Shown: in pieces, positions 1 through 8,846 of the stretch
Position numbering within the stretch: position 1 is the stretch's first letter
How the letters are laid out: each line of letters starts with the position of its first letter
From: an uncultured bacterium
GTDB taxonomy: Bacteria > Acidobacteriota > HRBIN11 > JAKEFK01
Length of the DNA stretch: 64,000 nt
Reading direction: 5' to 3'
Assembly: GCA_963843285.1 (NCBI GenBank)
Contig: CAWJJO010000012.1
Location: forward strand, 140,399-204,398
Translations under genes and position numbers: made by a program
The notes under the pieces: model-generated
Database searches by the model: none
Seen by the model: the letters and a program-made list of their open reading frames with translations, nothing else
What the model was told of the DNA's origin: nothing

Positions 1-2512
1 CGACAGGATAGCGAAGATCCCACACAAAACGATTGAGTCCTGCTTTTTTTCCCAGCTGGCGGTCGCCATCATATCGGCCCATAAAGTTATAGGGAAATTC
101 GGGATTTGGCGCCGGGAATTTTTCGCTGGAAAACTTCTGAATCAAAGTCCCGGCAGCATCTGCGATTTCCAGAGTTATCTCCTGCTTGGTTTCTTCCGGT
201 AGATAATAAAAAATGAGAGCGCCGTTGGGAGGATTTTGTTCTGATCTGGACATTCGCATTCGAAACGTATCGCGGGGTTTCAGAAGAAAGGGTTTCCGCC
301 CGGACAGGACTCCAGCCGCAATTTGCTGAAGCACAGTAAGGTCGTCCAGAATCCAAAAACTTCTTCCCTGTGTGGAAACAACTAGATCATTCTGATAGAC
401 ACGCAAATCCGTAACGGGAACGATGGGCAGATTGAGCTGAAGCGGCTCCCATCGTTTGCCGTCATCGAAAGAAACATCAATGCCTTTTTCTGTGCCTGCG
501 TAAAGCAGACCTCTGCGCGCGGGATCTTCACGAACTACGCGGGTGGGAGTATCCGCCGGAATTCCGTTTTTGCCATCGGTCAGTAGAGTCCAGGTCTTGC
601 CGAAATCATTCGTTCGAAAAACATATGGACGCAAATCTCCAAGACGATATTTGTGAACGACGACAAACGCGCGAGCCGGATCGTGTGGAGAGGGTTCCAC
701 GCTCTGTACTGTGCCCCATTCCGGCAAACCTTCGGGAGTCACATTTTGCCAGGATTTGCCGTCGTCTTTGGATACGTGAACAAGACCGTCATCACTGCCC
801 GCCCAAAACAATCCCGGCTGCACCGGAGATTCCTCGAAAGCGAGAACATTTCCATAGACCTCAACACCGGTATTTTCGTATGTGATGGGCTCTCCTGAGT
901 AGTCTTGTTTACTTTTGTCGTTTCGGGACAGGTCAGGACTGATGATCTGCCAGCTTTGTCCTTCGTCCGTTGACCGGTGGATGAATTGTGAAGCATAGTA
1001 GATTGCATTCGGATTATGACGTGACACCCGGAGAGGGGCGTTCCAGTTGAAACGATAACGCAGATCGCGCGCTGCCAGGCCTACTTCCATCTGCGGATAC
1101 GCCATTACATTGCGGAACTCCCCCGTCTTCAAGTTCGTTCTGGTAATTTCGCCACCGTAACTCCCCGCATAAACGATGTGCTCATGTTTGTAATCGAATC
1201 CGATATGGCCGCTTTCCCCACCCCCCAGATCGCGCCAGCTTTCATATGGAGTCAGTCCGCCGTATGTGCGACTCGGGAGTGAGATCGTTGAGTTGTCCTG
1301 TTGCGCGCCGTAGACGCGGTATGGAAACTCGACGCCAACCGTTACGTTGTAGATTTCAGCGGTCGGTTGATTGAGGAGCGTTGACCAGTTTTTCCCCTCG
1401 TCCAAAGTAACCGATGCGCCGCCGTCGGTGCCCATGATCATCACACGTGTGTCCTGCGGATTGATCCAGAGATCATGACCGTCTCCATGAGGCACCTCGA
1501 TGGTCTCGAAGGTCTGTCCGCCATCGCGCGACCGGAATTGATCGACATTTAAGATGTACAACTTTTGCTCATCGCGCGGATCCGCAAAGATGTGCATGTA
1601 GTACCAGGCTCTTTGGATGAGTCTGCGTTTCTGATTTGTCTCGAGACGCTTCCAGGTCTCACCCGCATCTTCGGAACGAAACAGGCCACCCTCTCCAGCT
1701 TCCACCAGCACCCACACCCGGTTCGGGTTTGCCGGCGAAACAGCAATCCCGATTTTTCCCAACATACCTTGCGGTAAGCCGCCGCTCAGTTTTTTCCAGG
1801 TATCGCCTCCGTCATTGCTTTTGAAAAGACCGCTTTCTTCGCTGCCCGAAACGATGGTCCATGGCTTACGTTCACCGGTCCAGGCAGCCGCATAAAGGAC
1901 ACGCGGGTTTACAGGATCCATGGCAAGATCTACAACACCCGTTTTTTCGCTAACGTAGAGAATTTTCTGCCACGTCTTACCGCCATCTTTTGAGCGGAAG
2001 AGGCCCCGATCTTCATTCGGAACAAATGCGTTTCCAACAGCCGCTAGATAGACAAGATCAGGATCTTGCGGATGGATCCGAATTTTCGCGATCTGGCCTG
2101 TTTGCCGAAGCCCCGAGTGGACCCATGTCTTTCCAGCATCCGTAGATTTATAAACACCCGCTCCCAGCGCTACGTTTCCGCGGATCGTAGCCTGTCCGGT
2201 ACCGACATAAATTACGTTTGGGTCTGATTCAGCCACGGCAATCGCCCCGATTGAACCGCTTTCGAAGAAACCGTCCGAGATGTTCTCCCAGCTCTGCCCG
2301 GCATTTACCGTCTTCCACACGCCGCCCGGGACGCCCATCAAGAATGCGTACGGCTCACCTGGCACGCCGGTAACTGCGCTGCAACGCCCACCGCGCGAAG
2401 GTCCGAGATTGCGGTATTTCAGCGCTTGAAATTCCAGATTCGCAGCGGTGGCTGCGAATAGATTCGAATGAATACAGATAAGGATGAGGATCAACAGCAC
2501 ATAACGACGCAT
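1..2512 (-). CDS. Secreted BNR/Asp-box repeat beta-propeller protein (sortilin/VPS10-like, glycoside-hydrolase-like). The C-terminus runs off the left edge.
   Basis: Absent from the ORF track because no stop lies inside the window. My own minus-strand translation from the ATG at 2512-2510 (GGAGGA about 6 nt upstream) stays open to position 2. The N-terminus MRRYVLLILILICIHSNLFAATAA looks like a signal peptide. Repeated Asp-box motifs are present: STDAGKTW, SKDGGKTW, SNDGGDTW, SEDAGETW, SRDGGQTF, STDEGQSW, SKDDGKSW, TNDFGKTW, FDDGKRW. Confidence 0.8.
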   Translation of the reverse strand, partial: MRRYVLLILILICIHSNLFAATAANLEFQALKYRNLGPSRGGRCSAVTGVPGEPYAFLMGVPGGVWKTVNAGQSWENISDGFFESGSIGAIAVAESDPNVIYVGTGQATIRGNVALGAGVYKSTDAGKTWVHSGLRQTGQIAKIRIHPQDPDLVYLAAVGNAFVPNEDRGLFRSKDGGKTWQKILYVSEKTGVVDLAMDPVNPRVLYAAAWTGERKPWTIVSGSEESGLFKSNDGGDTWKKLSGGLPQGMLGKIGIAVSPANPNRVWVLVEAGEGGLFRSEDAGETWKRLETNQKRRLIQRAWYYMHIFADPRDEQKLYILNVDQFRSRDGGQTFETIEVPHGDGHDLWINPQDTRVMIMGTDGGASVTLDEGKNWSTLLNQPTAEIYNVTVGVEFPYRVYGAQQDNSTISLPSRTYGGLTPYESWRDLGGGESGHIGFDYKHEHIVYAGSYGGEITRTNLKTGEFRNVMAYPQMEVGLAARDLRYRFNWNAPLRVSRHNPNAIYYASQFIHRSTDEGQSWQIISPDLSRNDKSKQDYSGEPITYENTGVEVYGNVLAFEESPVQPGLFWAGSDDGLVHVSKDDGKSWQNVTPEGLPEWGTVQSVEPSPHDPARAFVVVHKYRLGDLRPYVFRTNDFGKTWTLLTDGKNGIPADTPTRVVREDPARRGLLYAGTEKGIDVSFDDGKRWEPLQLNLPIVPVTDLRVYQNDLVVSTQGRSFWILDDLTVLQQIAAGVLSGRKPFLLKPRDTFRMRMSRSEQNPPNGALIFYYLPEETKQEITLEIADAAGTLIQKFSSEKFPAPNPEFPYNFMGRYDGDRQLGKKAGLNRFVWDLRYPV

Positions 2513-2531
2513 ACTTTCCTCCTTATGGAGC

Positions 2532-2719
2532 GCAGGCGTCCCGCCTGCATTATGGGCCGCAGGCCTCCCAAGCTGTGAAAAAATCGGCACGAGGCTGATT
2601 TACGGTTTGTAGCGCCGGCGTCTCGCCGGCAGAACTCGACGAGGAGCCGGCCGGAGGCCAGCGTTACAAACCGCAAACATGCGTCTTGCTTCGATTTTTT
2701 CACAGCTTCTCCGGCCTGC
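2532..2719. repeat. Composite palindromic intergenic repeat: a short GCAGGCG-tcc-CGCCTGC hairpin plus a roughly 160-bp imperfect long inverted repeat
   Basis: Hairpin stems at 2532-2538 and 2542-2548. The long arms span about 2559-2630 and 2646-2719 and include a perfect 16-nt inverted pair, agctgtgaaaaaatcg / cgattttttcacagct. The core motif cggtttgtagcgccggcgtctcgccggc recurs at 10347-10374 on the other strand. Confidence 0.75.
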
Positions 2720-2768
2720 GAAGCGTTACACAGCGGAATGATGACCGAAAACTGCGGAGATGTCATTC

Positions 2769-4223
2769 CTACTCCACTTCAGAATTCGCTGCTGTACGAA
2801 TCGCGCCGCGTAGCAGTGCCGATTCTACAGGGCGAATTTCTCCGGACAGATAAAATCCCAGAAGAATGAATACGGATATCACAAACAGTTTCACAATCAA
2901 CACAATGCCAGCGGCTGGCCAGAAAGCTGCCAGGGCATATCCAGCCGCCCCAAGAGCTACACTGCGAAAGAATGTCCCTACGGGAGGAACAATGCGCAAT
3001 AGCCGGTAGACCGGAATCAGGCTGACAAGCGCTCCCGCAACTGCAAATCCGGTCGTAACGGTGGCAGCTCCGATTGCGCCGTAGTGTGGAATCACTTTTA
3101 AATCGGCAAAAAACGCAAGCGGAACGAGTGGACCGCCCAGTAGAAACGTCAATACCGGCCTCCCGGCGGCGGTCAAAATGGCGGTTGTCACGGAGATCAT
3201 CGCAAGACCGATTGCTCCGAAAAATAGCATTGAAAAGAGCGGCCCTGAATCGACAAAGGCGGAGCCGAACACAAACCTCGCGATTTCACGAGAAGAGCCC
3301 GCAGCCATTCCCGCAAAAGACACCATGGCAATGACAACACGAAGGGAATTCCTTCCCATTTCCCTGGCTTGCTCTTCACGTCCGGCAATCAGTGCGCGGC
3401 TCATGCTGGAAAGAAGCAACGGAGAAAAGGAGAGCGCGAAAACCGCCGGGACAAGCGAGAGATTTTGCGCAGCGCCGTAAATTCCGGCTACTGCCGCGCT
3501 CCCACCCAGTGCCTTCAGCATTACAAGATCCAGCTTGTCATAAATACGCAAACTCAGCGCAAACAGAAACAAAGGCAGCGCGTAATCCCACAATCGGGAA
3601 AGGGGAAAGTCTGAACGATGAAAAAAAGCCGGGCGGATGTAGTAACGCGCAACTACCAACTCGATCAGCGAAGCGCCAATGCATCCCAGAATCGCTCCGC
3701 GGACAGACCAGCCGAAAAATAAGAATGCAAGGATCAAAACGAGGCGCGCGATCCAACGGACGGCACTCACAACCGCTCGTTCATGAAACGCGCCGATTCC
3801 GACCAGTATGTTACGGTGCGCCTGTGCCAGACTAAATAGCGGAATATCGATCGCAAACAATCGTAAATAACCCGCAAGATCGGGCTCCGTCAGGGCTCGA
3901 GATAAGGGAACGCTGGCAAGCCAGAGCAGCGCGGCGGAGACAAAACTGATCACGATATGTAGCCTGACGACAGTGGTTCCCACCGGCTTCCAATCCTTCG
4001 CTTCTCCTACAAACTTGAACGTTGCACGACCGAAAATAGCGGGAATGCTCCATTCGATCCAACTCACAATCACGGCCGAAAGTGTGAATAACCCGTAACC
4101 GGCGGGTCCCAGATTCCGGGTCAAATATGCTGCGGTGATCAGGCCGGTAGGAAACAAAAGCGCCTCGGAAAGGAATACGCGCACAGTCCCGCCAACCATG
4201 TTTCCTGCTCGAGAAGTGGACAT
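2769..4223 (-). CDS. Polysaccharide biosynthesis protein, MOP-superfamily (Wzx/RfbX-like) lipid-linked oligosaccharide flippase
   Basis: 484-aa ORF that is hydrophobic throughout, with about 12-14 predicted TM segments. The N-terminal pattern (LLFPTGLITAAYLTRNLGPAGYGLFTLSAVIVSWI) is typical of Wzx-type polysaccharide biosynthesis proteins. An alternative start lies at M9 (4199). Confidence 0.7.
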   Translation of the reverse strand: MSTSRAGNMVGGTVRVFLSEALLFPTGLITAAYLTRNLGPAGYGLFTLSAVIVSWIEWSIPAIFGRATFKFVGEAKDWKPVGTTVVRLHIVISFVSAALLWLASVPLSRALTEPDLAGYLRLFAIDIPLFSLAQAHRNILVGIGAFHERAVVSAVRWIARLVLILAFLFFGWSVRGAILGCIGASLIELVVARYYIRPAFFHRSDFPLSRLWDYALPLFLFALSLRIYDKLDLVMLKALGGSAAVAGIYGAAQNLSLVPAVFALSFSPLLLSSMSRALIAGREEQAREMGRNSLRVVIAMVSFAGMAAGSSREIARFVFGSAFVDSGPLFSMLFFGAIGLAMISVTTAILTAAGRPVLTFLLGGPLVPLAFFADLKVIPHYGAIGAATVTTGFAVAGALVSLIPVYRLLRIVPPVGTFFRSVALGAAGYALAAFWPAAGIVLIVKLFVISVFILLGFYLSGEIRPVESALLRGAIRTAANSEVE

Positions 4224-4266
4224 CTCGCAAATCCTATCACAAGTAAGTAAACTAGAGCCGCCGATG

Positions 4267-4299
4267 TGAATGATGAATTCGGAATAATGAATGATGAAT
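4267..4299. promoter_or_regulatory. Exact 12-nt direct repeat TGAATGATGAAT x2, spaced 21 bp start to start, in a 67-bp divergent intergenic region
   Basis: Copies lie at 4267-4278 and 4288-4299. The second copy contains the ATG (4291) of the DUF362 gene. The spacing equals two helical turns. Confidence 0.3.
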
Positions 4300-5334
4300 C
4301 AGGCTTCCACTGTAGCAATTCTTCCCGTTCAAGACAGCGTTCAAGATACCGTGCGGCGCGTCATGGATCTGGCCAACTGGAAAAGCTACCTAAAACCGAG
4401 CAAACCTACCGCCTTAAAAGTCAACCTCGGTTGGGATCTGTTTTTGCCGGGCTCAATCACATCTCCGTGGGTACTGGAAGGTGTGATCCAAACTGTAAGA
4501 GAGTATGTTGGGCCTCTGTACCTGGTGGAATCGGATCAGGTGCTGGAGAACATCGAAAAGGCCTTTCGCAAAGCTCGCCTTCAGGAACTATGCGACCGTT
4601 ATGGCGTCCGGTGGGTCAATCTCTCAAAGACCGAATATGTACGTCTTCCTGTTCAAAACGGCAAGGTATTTCCGCATCTGGATGTCCCGCGGATCCTGAC
4701 GGAAACTCAGATGATTACCATCCCGGTCATGAAAACCCACGCCAAGACACGAATCACCGGAGCGATCAAGAATCAATGGGGATGCATCAGCAAACTGCGT
4801 CATAACTATCATCTGGTGTTGACCGATGCGCTGGCGGATATCAACAGCGTGATCGGTCCCTCGTTTGCGGTAATGGACGCTACGATTGCATTAGAAGGAA
4901 ACGGTCCGAAGTCAGGCCGGCCAAAAGTCATTGACCGTGTGCTTGCTTCACATGATATTGTCGCGCTGGATACGATCCAGGCGAAGCTCATGGGACTGGA
5001 TCCGGCCACGATCGCCCACGTGCAGGCATGCGCAGAGCGGGGCCTTGGCGCCTCTGCACTTACCCAGATTGAAATTGTCGGAGAAAAGGATCTTGCTTCA
5101 TTTGATTTCATTCCCGCGCGTCACAACCTGGTATCACGTCTGGAAGAATCGCTGCGAAGATCCAGCCTGAAATGGCTCGTCTTTGACACCCCCGTTTTTT
5201 TGCTGATGTTGTTGGGCGCAAAACTCTGGTATTTACTCTGGCTTTATCTTTTTGGCGGAAACAAATACTGGGACATCGCCCTTCGTCATCCGGTTTACGG
5301 ACCGGAATGGCAACACCTGCGTGACAAACAGTGA
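4291..5334 (+). CDS. DUF362 domain protein with a C-terminal hydrophobic segment
   Basis: 347 aa. The layout KVNLGWD...ITSPWVLEGVI...IPVMKTHAKTRITGAIKNQWG...AVMDATIALEGNGP...IVALD matches my recollection of the DUF362 family. The C-terminal WLVFDTPVFLLMLLGAKLWYLLWLYLF looks like a TM segment. Its stop overlaps the next start by 4 nt. Confidence 0.65.
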   Translation: MMNQASTVAILPVQDSVQDTVRRVMDLANWKSYLKPSKPTALKVNLGWDLFLPGSITSPWVLEGVIQTVREYVGPLYLVESDQVLENIEKAFRKARLQELCDRYGVRWVNLSKTEYVRLPVQNGKVFPHLDVPRILTETQMITIPVMKTHAKTRITGAIKNQWGCISKLRHNYHLVLTDALADINSVIGPSFAVMDATIALEGNGPKSGRPKVIDRVLASHDIVALDTIQAKLMGLDPATIAHVQACAERGLGASALTQIEIVGEKDLASFDFIPARHNLVSRLEESLRRSSLKWLVFDTPVFLLMLLGAKLWYLLWLYLFGGNKYWDIALRHPVYGPEWQHLRDKQ

Positions 5335-6638
5335 GAGTTGCAATCATCGGAGGAGGAGCCGCCGGTCTTTCGGCCGGATATGAGCTTTCCAAACTCGGTG
5401 TGACGGTAGAATTATTTGAACGCGACAGCGCGCTTGGTGGCCTCGCCGGCTCCTTTCTGCTGGATGGCGGATATGTTGAAAAGTTTTATCACTTCATCTG
5501 TCTGAACGATTTTACATACCTGCAGACTTTGAAGGAGCTAGGATTGAATCATCGCCTTCGCTGGCGTTTGACTGAAATGGGGCAGCTTTACAATGGAACA
5601 CTGTATTCCTTTGGACGCCCGTTCGATCTCTTACGCTTCCCTCATCTGAAATGGAAAGACAAATTCCGGTTTGCGCGAAACGTCATGAAAATCAAATCCG
5701 CGCCATGGAAGGACTGGAAGAAGATTGAAGACATTCCGGTGGAGGAGTGGCTGCAGGATACGTTTGGGGCGCAGGTATATCGCACACTGCACGAACCGAT
5801 GGTACGGCTAAAATTCGGAAAGTACAAAGAGAAGCTGTCGGCATCCTGGATGTGGGCGCGGATTCACCGCCTGGGCAAATCGCGGACAAGGATCCGGCAA
5901 CGGGAAAAAGTAGGATATGTGGAAGGCGGAAGCCAGATCATTATGGACGCGCTCGGCGACGAAATCCGGAAACGCGGCGGCGTTCTTCATCTCAACGCCC
6001 AGGTTCAGCAACTCATTGTGAGCAACAACTCTGTGACCGGAATCATCGCAGATGGAAAAGAACGTAGCTACGATGCTGTTGTCTCTACGGTTCCGCTGCC
6101 TGCTTTTCTGCGACTGCTCCCCGCGTCTGTGGATGGCGATTACTGGAGACACTTGCGGAACATCGAATCGATCGGCGTGATGTGCGTTTTTTTGCGTACC
6201 GGCAAAAGTTTGACGAAGTTTTTCTGGACAAATATCAGCGATCCGCGAATCGAGCTTGCGGGTGTAATTGAATACACGAATCTGAATCCTCTGCCGCACT
6301 TGAATGGAGATAGCATCATCTATCTGCCGCAATATCTACCGTCCACAACAGAAAAATTCAAGAGGCAGGACGACGAAATCATCGAAGAATATCTGGGGTA
6401 TCTGAAATTGATCAACCCTGCCTTCAACACGGATCAGGTAAGACAGGCGCTTGTGTTTCGCGAGAAATATGCGCAGCCCATTTGCGAAGTCGGATTCACA
6501 AAAGACATTCCGGATTTCCGCACTCCTTTGCGCGGTCTCTATCTGACCGATTCTTCGCAGCTGCATCCGGACGACCGGACCATCAGCAACAGCCTCGGCC
6601 TGGGAAAATCAGCCGCCTCTGCAGTCCTGGATATGTAA
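5331..6638 (+). CDS. NAD(P)/FAD-dependent oxidoreductase (amine oxidase / phytoene desaturase / HemY-like fold)
   Basis: 435 aa with a GTG start overlapping the upstream stop. N-terminal Rossmann motif VAIIGGGAAGLSAGYEL...ELFERDSALGGLA. The length and C-terminal region are typical of this fold. Confidence 0.75.
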   Translation: MRVAIIGGGAAGLSAGYELSKLGVTVELFERDSALGGLAGSFLLDGGYVEKFYHFICLNDFTYLQTLKELGLNHRLRWRLTEMGQLYNGTLYSFGRPFDLLRFPHLKWKDKFRFARNVMKIKSAPWKDWKKIEDIPVEEWLQDTFGAQVYRTLHEPMVRLKFGKYKEKLSASWMWARIHRLGKSRTRIRQREKVGYVEGGSQIIMDALGDEIRKRGGVLHLNAQVQQLIVSNNSVTGIIADGKERSYDAVVSTVPLPAFLRLLPASVDGDYWRHLRNIESIGVMCVFLRTGKSLTKFFWTNISDPRIELAGVIEYTNLNPLPHLNGDSIIYLPQYLPSTTEKFKRQDDEIIEEYLGYLKLINPAFNTDQVRQALVFREKYAQPICEVGFTKDIPDFRTPLRGLYLTDSSQLHPDDRTISNSLGLGKSAASAVLDM

Positions 6639-6654
6639 CCATTTGGTTACATAT
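6631..6654. other. Perfect palindrome ATATGTAACCA-tt-TGGTTACATAT overlapping the stop codon of the oxidoreductase gene
   Basis: The 11-nt arms are exact reverse complements. It lies in the 77-bp gap between convergent genes. There is no flanking T-run, so terminator function is uncertain. A protein-binding site is equally possible. Confidence 0.4.
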
Positions 6655-6715
6655 CGTCCACAGCGCCCTTCCAGTAAAGTCTTCCTGTGGCGTCTTCAGA
6701 CCGATGGCAGATCCT

Positions 6716-7975
6716 TCATTCCTGCAATGTTCCCTGTTCGCGGACCTTCTTTTGTTCCTTGAGAACATGAATGATCCGGTGAATGATACTGAACGCAAGC
6801 AGCTGGAATCCAAGCAGAACCAGCAGACCGCCGCTAACTACGTAGCTCCAGTGAACCTGAATGTGAGCGGTGGTCACATATTGCGCGATCGCCCTGACAT
6901 TCAATGCAAGGGCGGCAATCAGAAACAGCAACCCGATGTATCCCAGCTTTCTGAGAAATGCTTTATCCAGCATTCGTTCAACTGCCGTATTCATCTCGTA
7001 GTTGTGAGCCAGATTGGTCATCGTCTGCGTAATCAAACCCAGCGAAATCATCTGGACGCCTGAAACGGCAGCAACGACAACAAAAATCAAACGATAGATC
7101 CGGTCCTCAGGCACATTTCGATACTCGATGTAGTGGATCAAAGTCGGAATTCCGTAGAAGAGAGCGGGGAGAAGGAACAGGATTCCGATGACTCCGAAAA
7201 GTCGCAACGGCTTGTAGGTAAAGGCGATTTCCAGGATCGTTTTCAAAAAGCCGATTCCATCCTGGATAATGCGAAGTTTCGAACTGCCGATGCGTTCTTC
7301 ATAGGGGATGGGGACCTCTTCAATGCGGATGTCGCGATCCAGGATCGCGCGAACGCTCATTGCGGGCGTAAAGTGTAACCCATCCGGAAGAGGATAGAGT
7401 TTGTGCAGGATGCTCTTCTTCAGCACTCTCATTCCGCTGGCAACATCGCTTACGCTCGAGCTGCCGATCGCGTTTACCAGATTGCGATACAGGATGTTGC
7501 CGACTCTGCGTGTTGCCGGCATCCGGCTGTTCGCATGCAACCGGCCGCCAATCACTATATCGGCATTCGTTTCGTTCATCTTTCGCAGAAACTCGATGAA
7601 CAAAAGCGGATCGCAAGTACCGTCGGCGTCCAGAAAACTCACAAGATCTCCGGAAGAAGCTTCGAATCCTGTAATAATAGCGGCCCCGTAACCACGATTT
7701 TTTGGGTAACTGATGAGATGGATCAAGCCGCGGTCTGCAAATTCTTTAGCGATTTCAGCCGTCCTGTCTTTGGAACCATCGCTTACAACGATCACTTCTA
7801 CGGATTCGACGCCCGCTTTTTGAATGATCCTGGGTGCAGCAGCGAGAGTGCGTTCGATGATACTCCGGATCGCTTCTTGCTCGTTGTAGGCGGGAATGAC
7901 GATAGACAACTTCTGCATGGCTTCATTGTCGCATAAAGCACATTCACGACGGTATGCTCTGATGGTGAGAGCCAT
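6716..7975 (-). CDS. GT2 polyprenyl-phosphate glycosyltransferase (GtrB/DPM1/ArnC-like) with C-terminal TM helices
   Basis: LSIVIPAYNEQEAI, VVSDGSKD, NRGYGAAI, LDADGTCDP, then four hydrophobic segments after about residue 255. The probable true start is MQKLSIV at 7918; the ORF-track start is 7975. Confidence 0.85.
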   Translation of the reverse strand: MALTIRAYRRECALCDNEAMQKLSIVIPAYNEQEAIRSIIERTLAAAPRIIQKAGVESVEVIVVSDGSKDRTAEIAKEFADRGLIHLISYPKNRGYGAAIITGFEASSGDLVSFLDADGTCDPLLFIEFLRKMNETNADIVIGGRLHANSRMPATRRVGNILYRNLVNAIGSSSVSDVASGMRVLKKSILHKLYPLPDGLHFTPAMSVRAILDRDIRIEEVPIPYEERIGSSKLRIIQDGIGFLKTILEIAFTYKPLRLFGVIGILFLLPALFYGIPTLIHYIEYRNVPEDRIYRLIFVVVAAVSGVQMISLGLITQTMTNLAHNYEMNTAVERMLDKAFLRKLGYIGLLFLIAALALNVRAIAQYVTTAHIQVHWSYVVSGGLLVLLGFQLLAFSIIHRIIHVLKEQKKVREQGTLQE

Positions 7976-8099
7976 GGTTGTGCTTGTGTGATGTTTGCCT
8001 GTCGAAGGGAAAGCAGCAACGTCTGCTACCTACGGGTCGGTCTCGCATTTGACAAGAGAACAAAATTGTTGCCAGATTATATGTCCAAATTATACGAGG

Positions 8100-8846
8100 A
8101 TGAAACTGCAACCTAACCCGGCTCCCATTTCAGGAAAAGAGCCTCACTCGCTTTCGATTGTAATGCCTGTGTTTAATGAGCAGGAAGTAATCGCTACGGT
8201 AGTTGCAGAGCTTGCAGAGGTGTTGGAAAAATTTCGAGACCACGAGTTTGTGATTGTAAACGATTGTAGCACCGATCAAACTCTTTCCATTCTTGAATTG
8301 CTTCAGTCCAAATATCCGTATGTTCGTTTGGTGACGTCGCAGCAAAACTGTGGACATGGTCCAACTCTGGCACGCGCTTACCGCGAATCCTCCGGTGAAT
8401 TCATATTTCATACCGATAGCGACCGTCAATTTTTCGCGGAGGATTTCTGGTTACTGTGGCAAAAAATGAAAAACGAGCAGTTGGATCTCGTCATTGGATA
8501 CCGTGAGGATCGCAAAGATCCCTTCGCGCGACTTGTATTCACAAAGCTGGTTCGGGTTTTCTTGCGGTTTCTATTCGGTGTCAATCTCCCGGACAGTAAT
8601 TCCCCATTCAGGTTGTATAACCGGAAGGCGTTGGATCAGTTATTGACTATTCTTCCCGCGGAACCAATGATACCATCGATTCTGATGGTGATTGCAGCAT
8701 ATAGGCAAGGAATGAAAGTGGGCTGGGTTGGTGTTCGTCATTTGGCTCGCAAGACGGGCAAGTCATTTCTTCGTAGTTGGAAGATATTTCGACTTTGCGT
8801 CCCTGCCGTAAAAGAAGTTCTAAGATTTCGACGCTCTTTTGCATGA
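8100..8846 (+). CDS. GT2 glycosyltransferase, DPM1/GtrB-like catalytic domain without TM anchor
   Basis: LSIVMPVFNEQEVI, VNDCSTD, HTDSDRQF, NSPFRLYNR. The ORF track begins at 7995, but the ATG at 8100 (MKLQPN) fits the domain boundary better. The stop overlaps the next gene start (ATGA at 8843-8846). Confidence 0.8.
   Translation: MKLQPNPAPISGKEPHSLSIVMPVFNEQEVIATVVAELAEVLEKFRDHEFVIVNDCSTDQTLSILELLQSKYPYVRLVTSQQNCGHGPTLARAYRESSGEFIFHTDSDRQFFAEDFWLLWQKMKNEQLDLVIGYREDRKDPFARLVFTKLVRVFLRFLFGVNLPDSNSPFRLYNRKALDQLLTILPAEPMIPSILMVIAAYRQGMKVGWVGVRHLARKTGKSFLRSWKIFRLCVPAVKEVLRFRRSFA

Noticed and set aside
2491-2766. 91-aa ORF (minus strand) between the BNR gene and the flippase
   Set aside because: It lies entirely within the palindromic repeat. 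Its Arg/Ala/Cys-rich sequence is what such GC-rich hairpin repeats give when translated. It has no RBS and no domain-like pattern.
7995-8099. N-terminal extensions of the GT2 (7995) and UGM (8777) ORFs
   Set aside because: The conserved domain N-termini (LSIVMPVFN and KIVIIGMGACG) sit just after the internal ATGs at 8100 and 8843. The ATG at 8843 also gives a classic ATGA overlap with the upstream stop.
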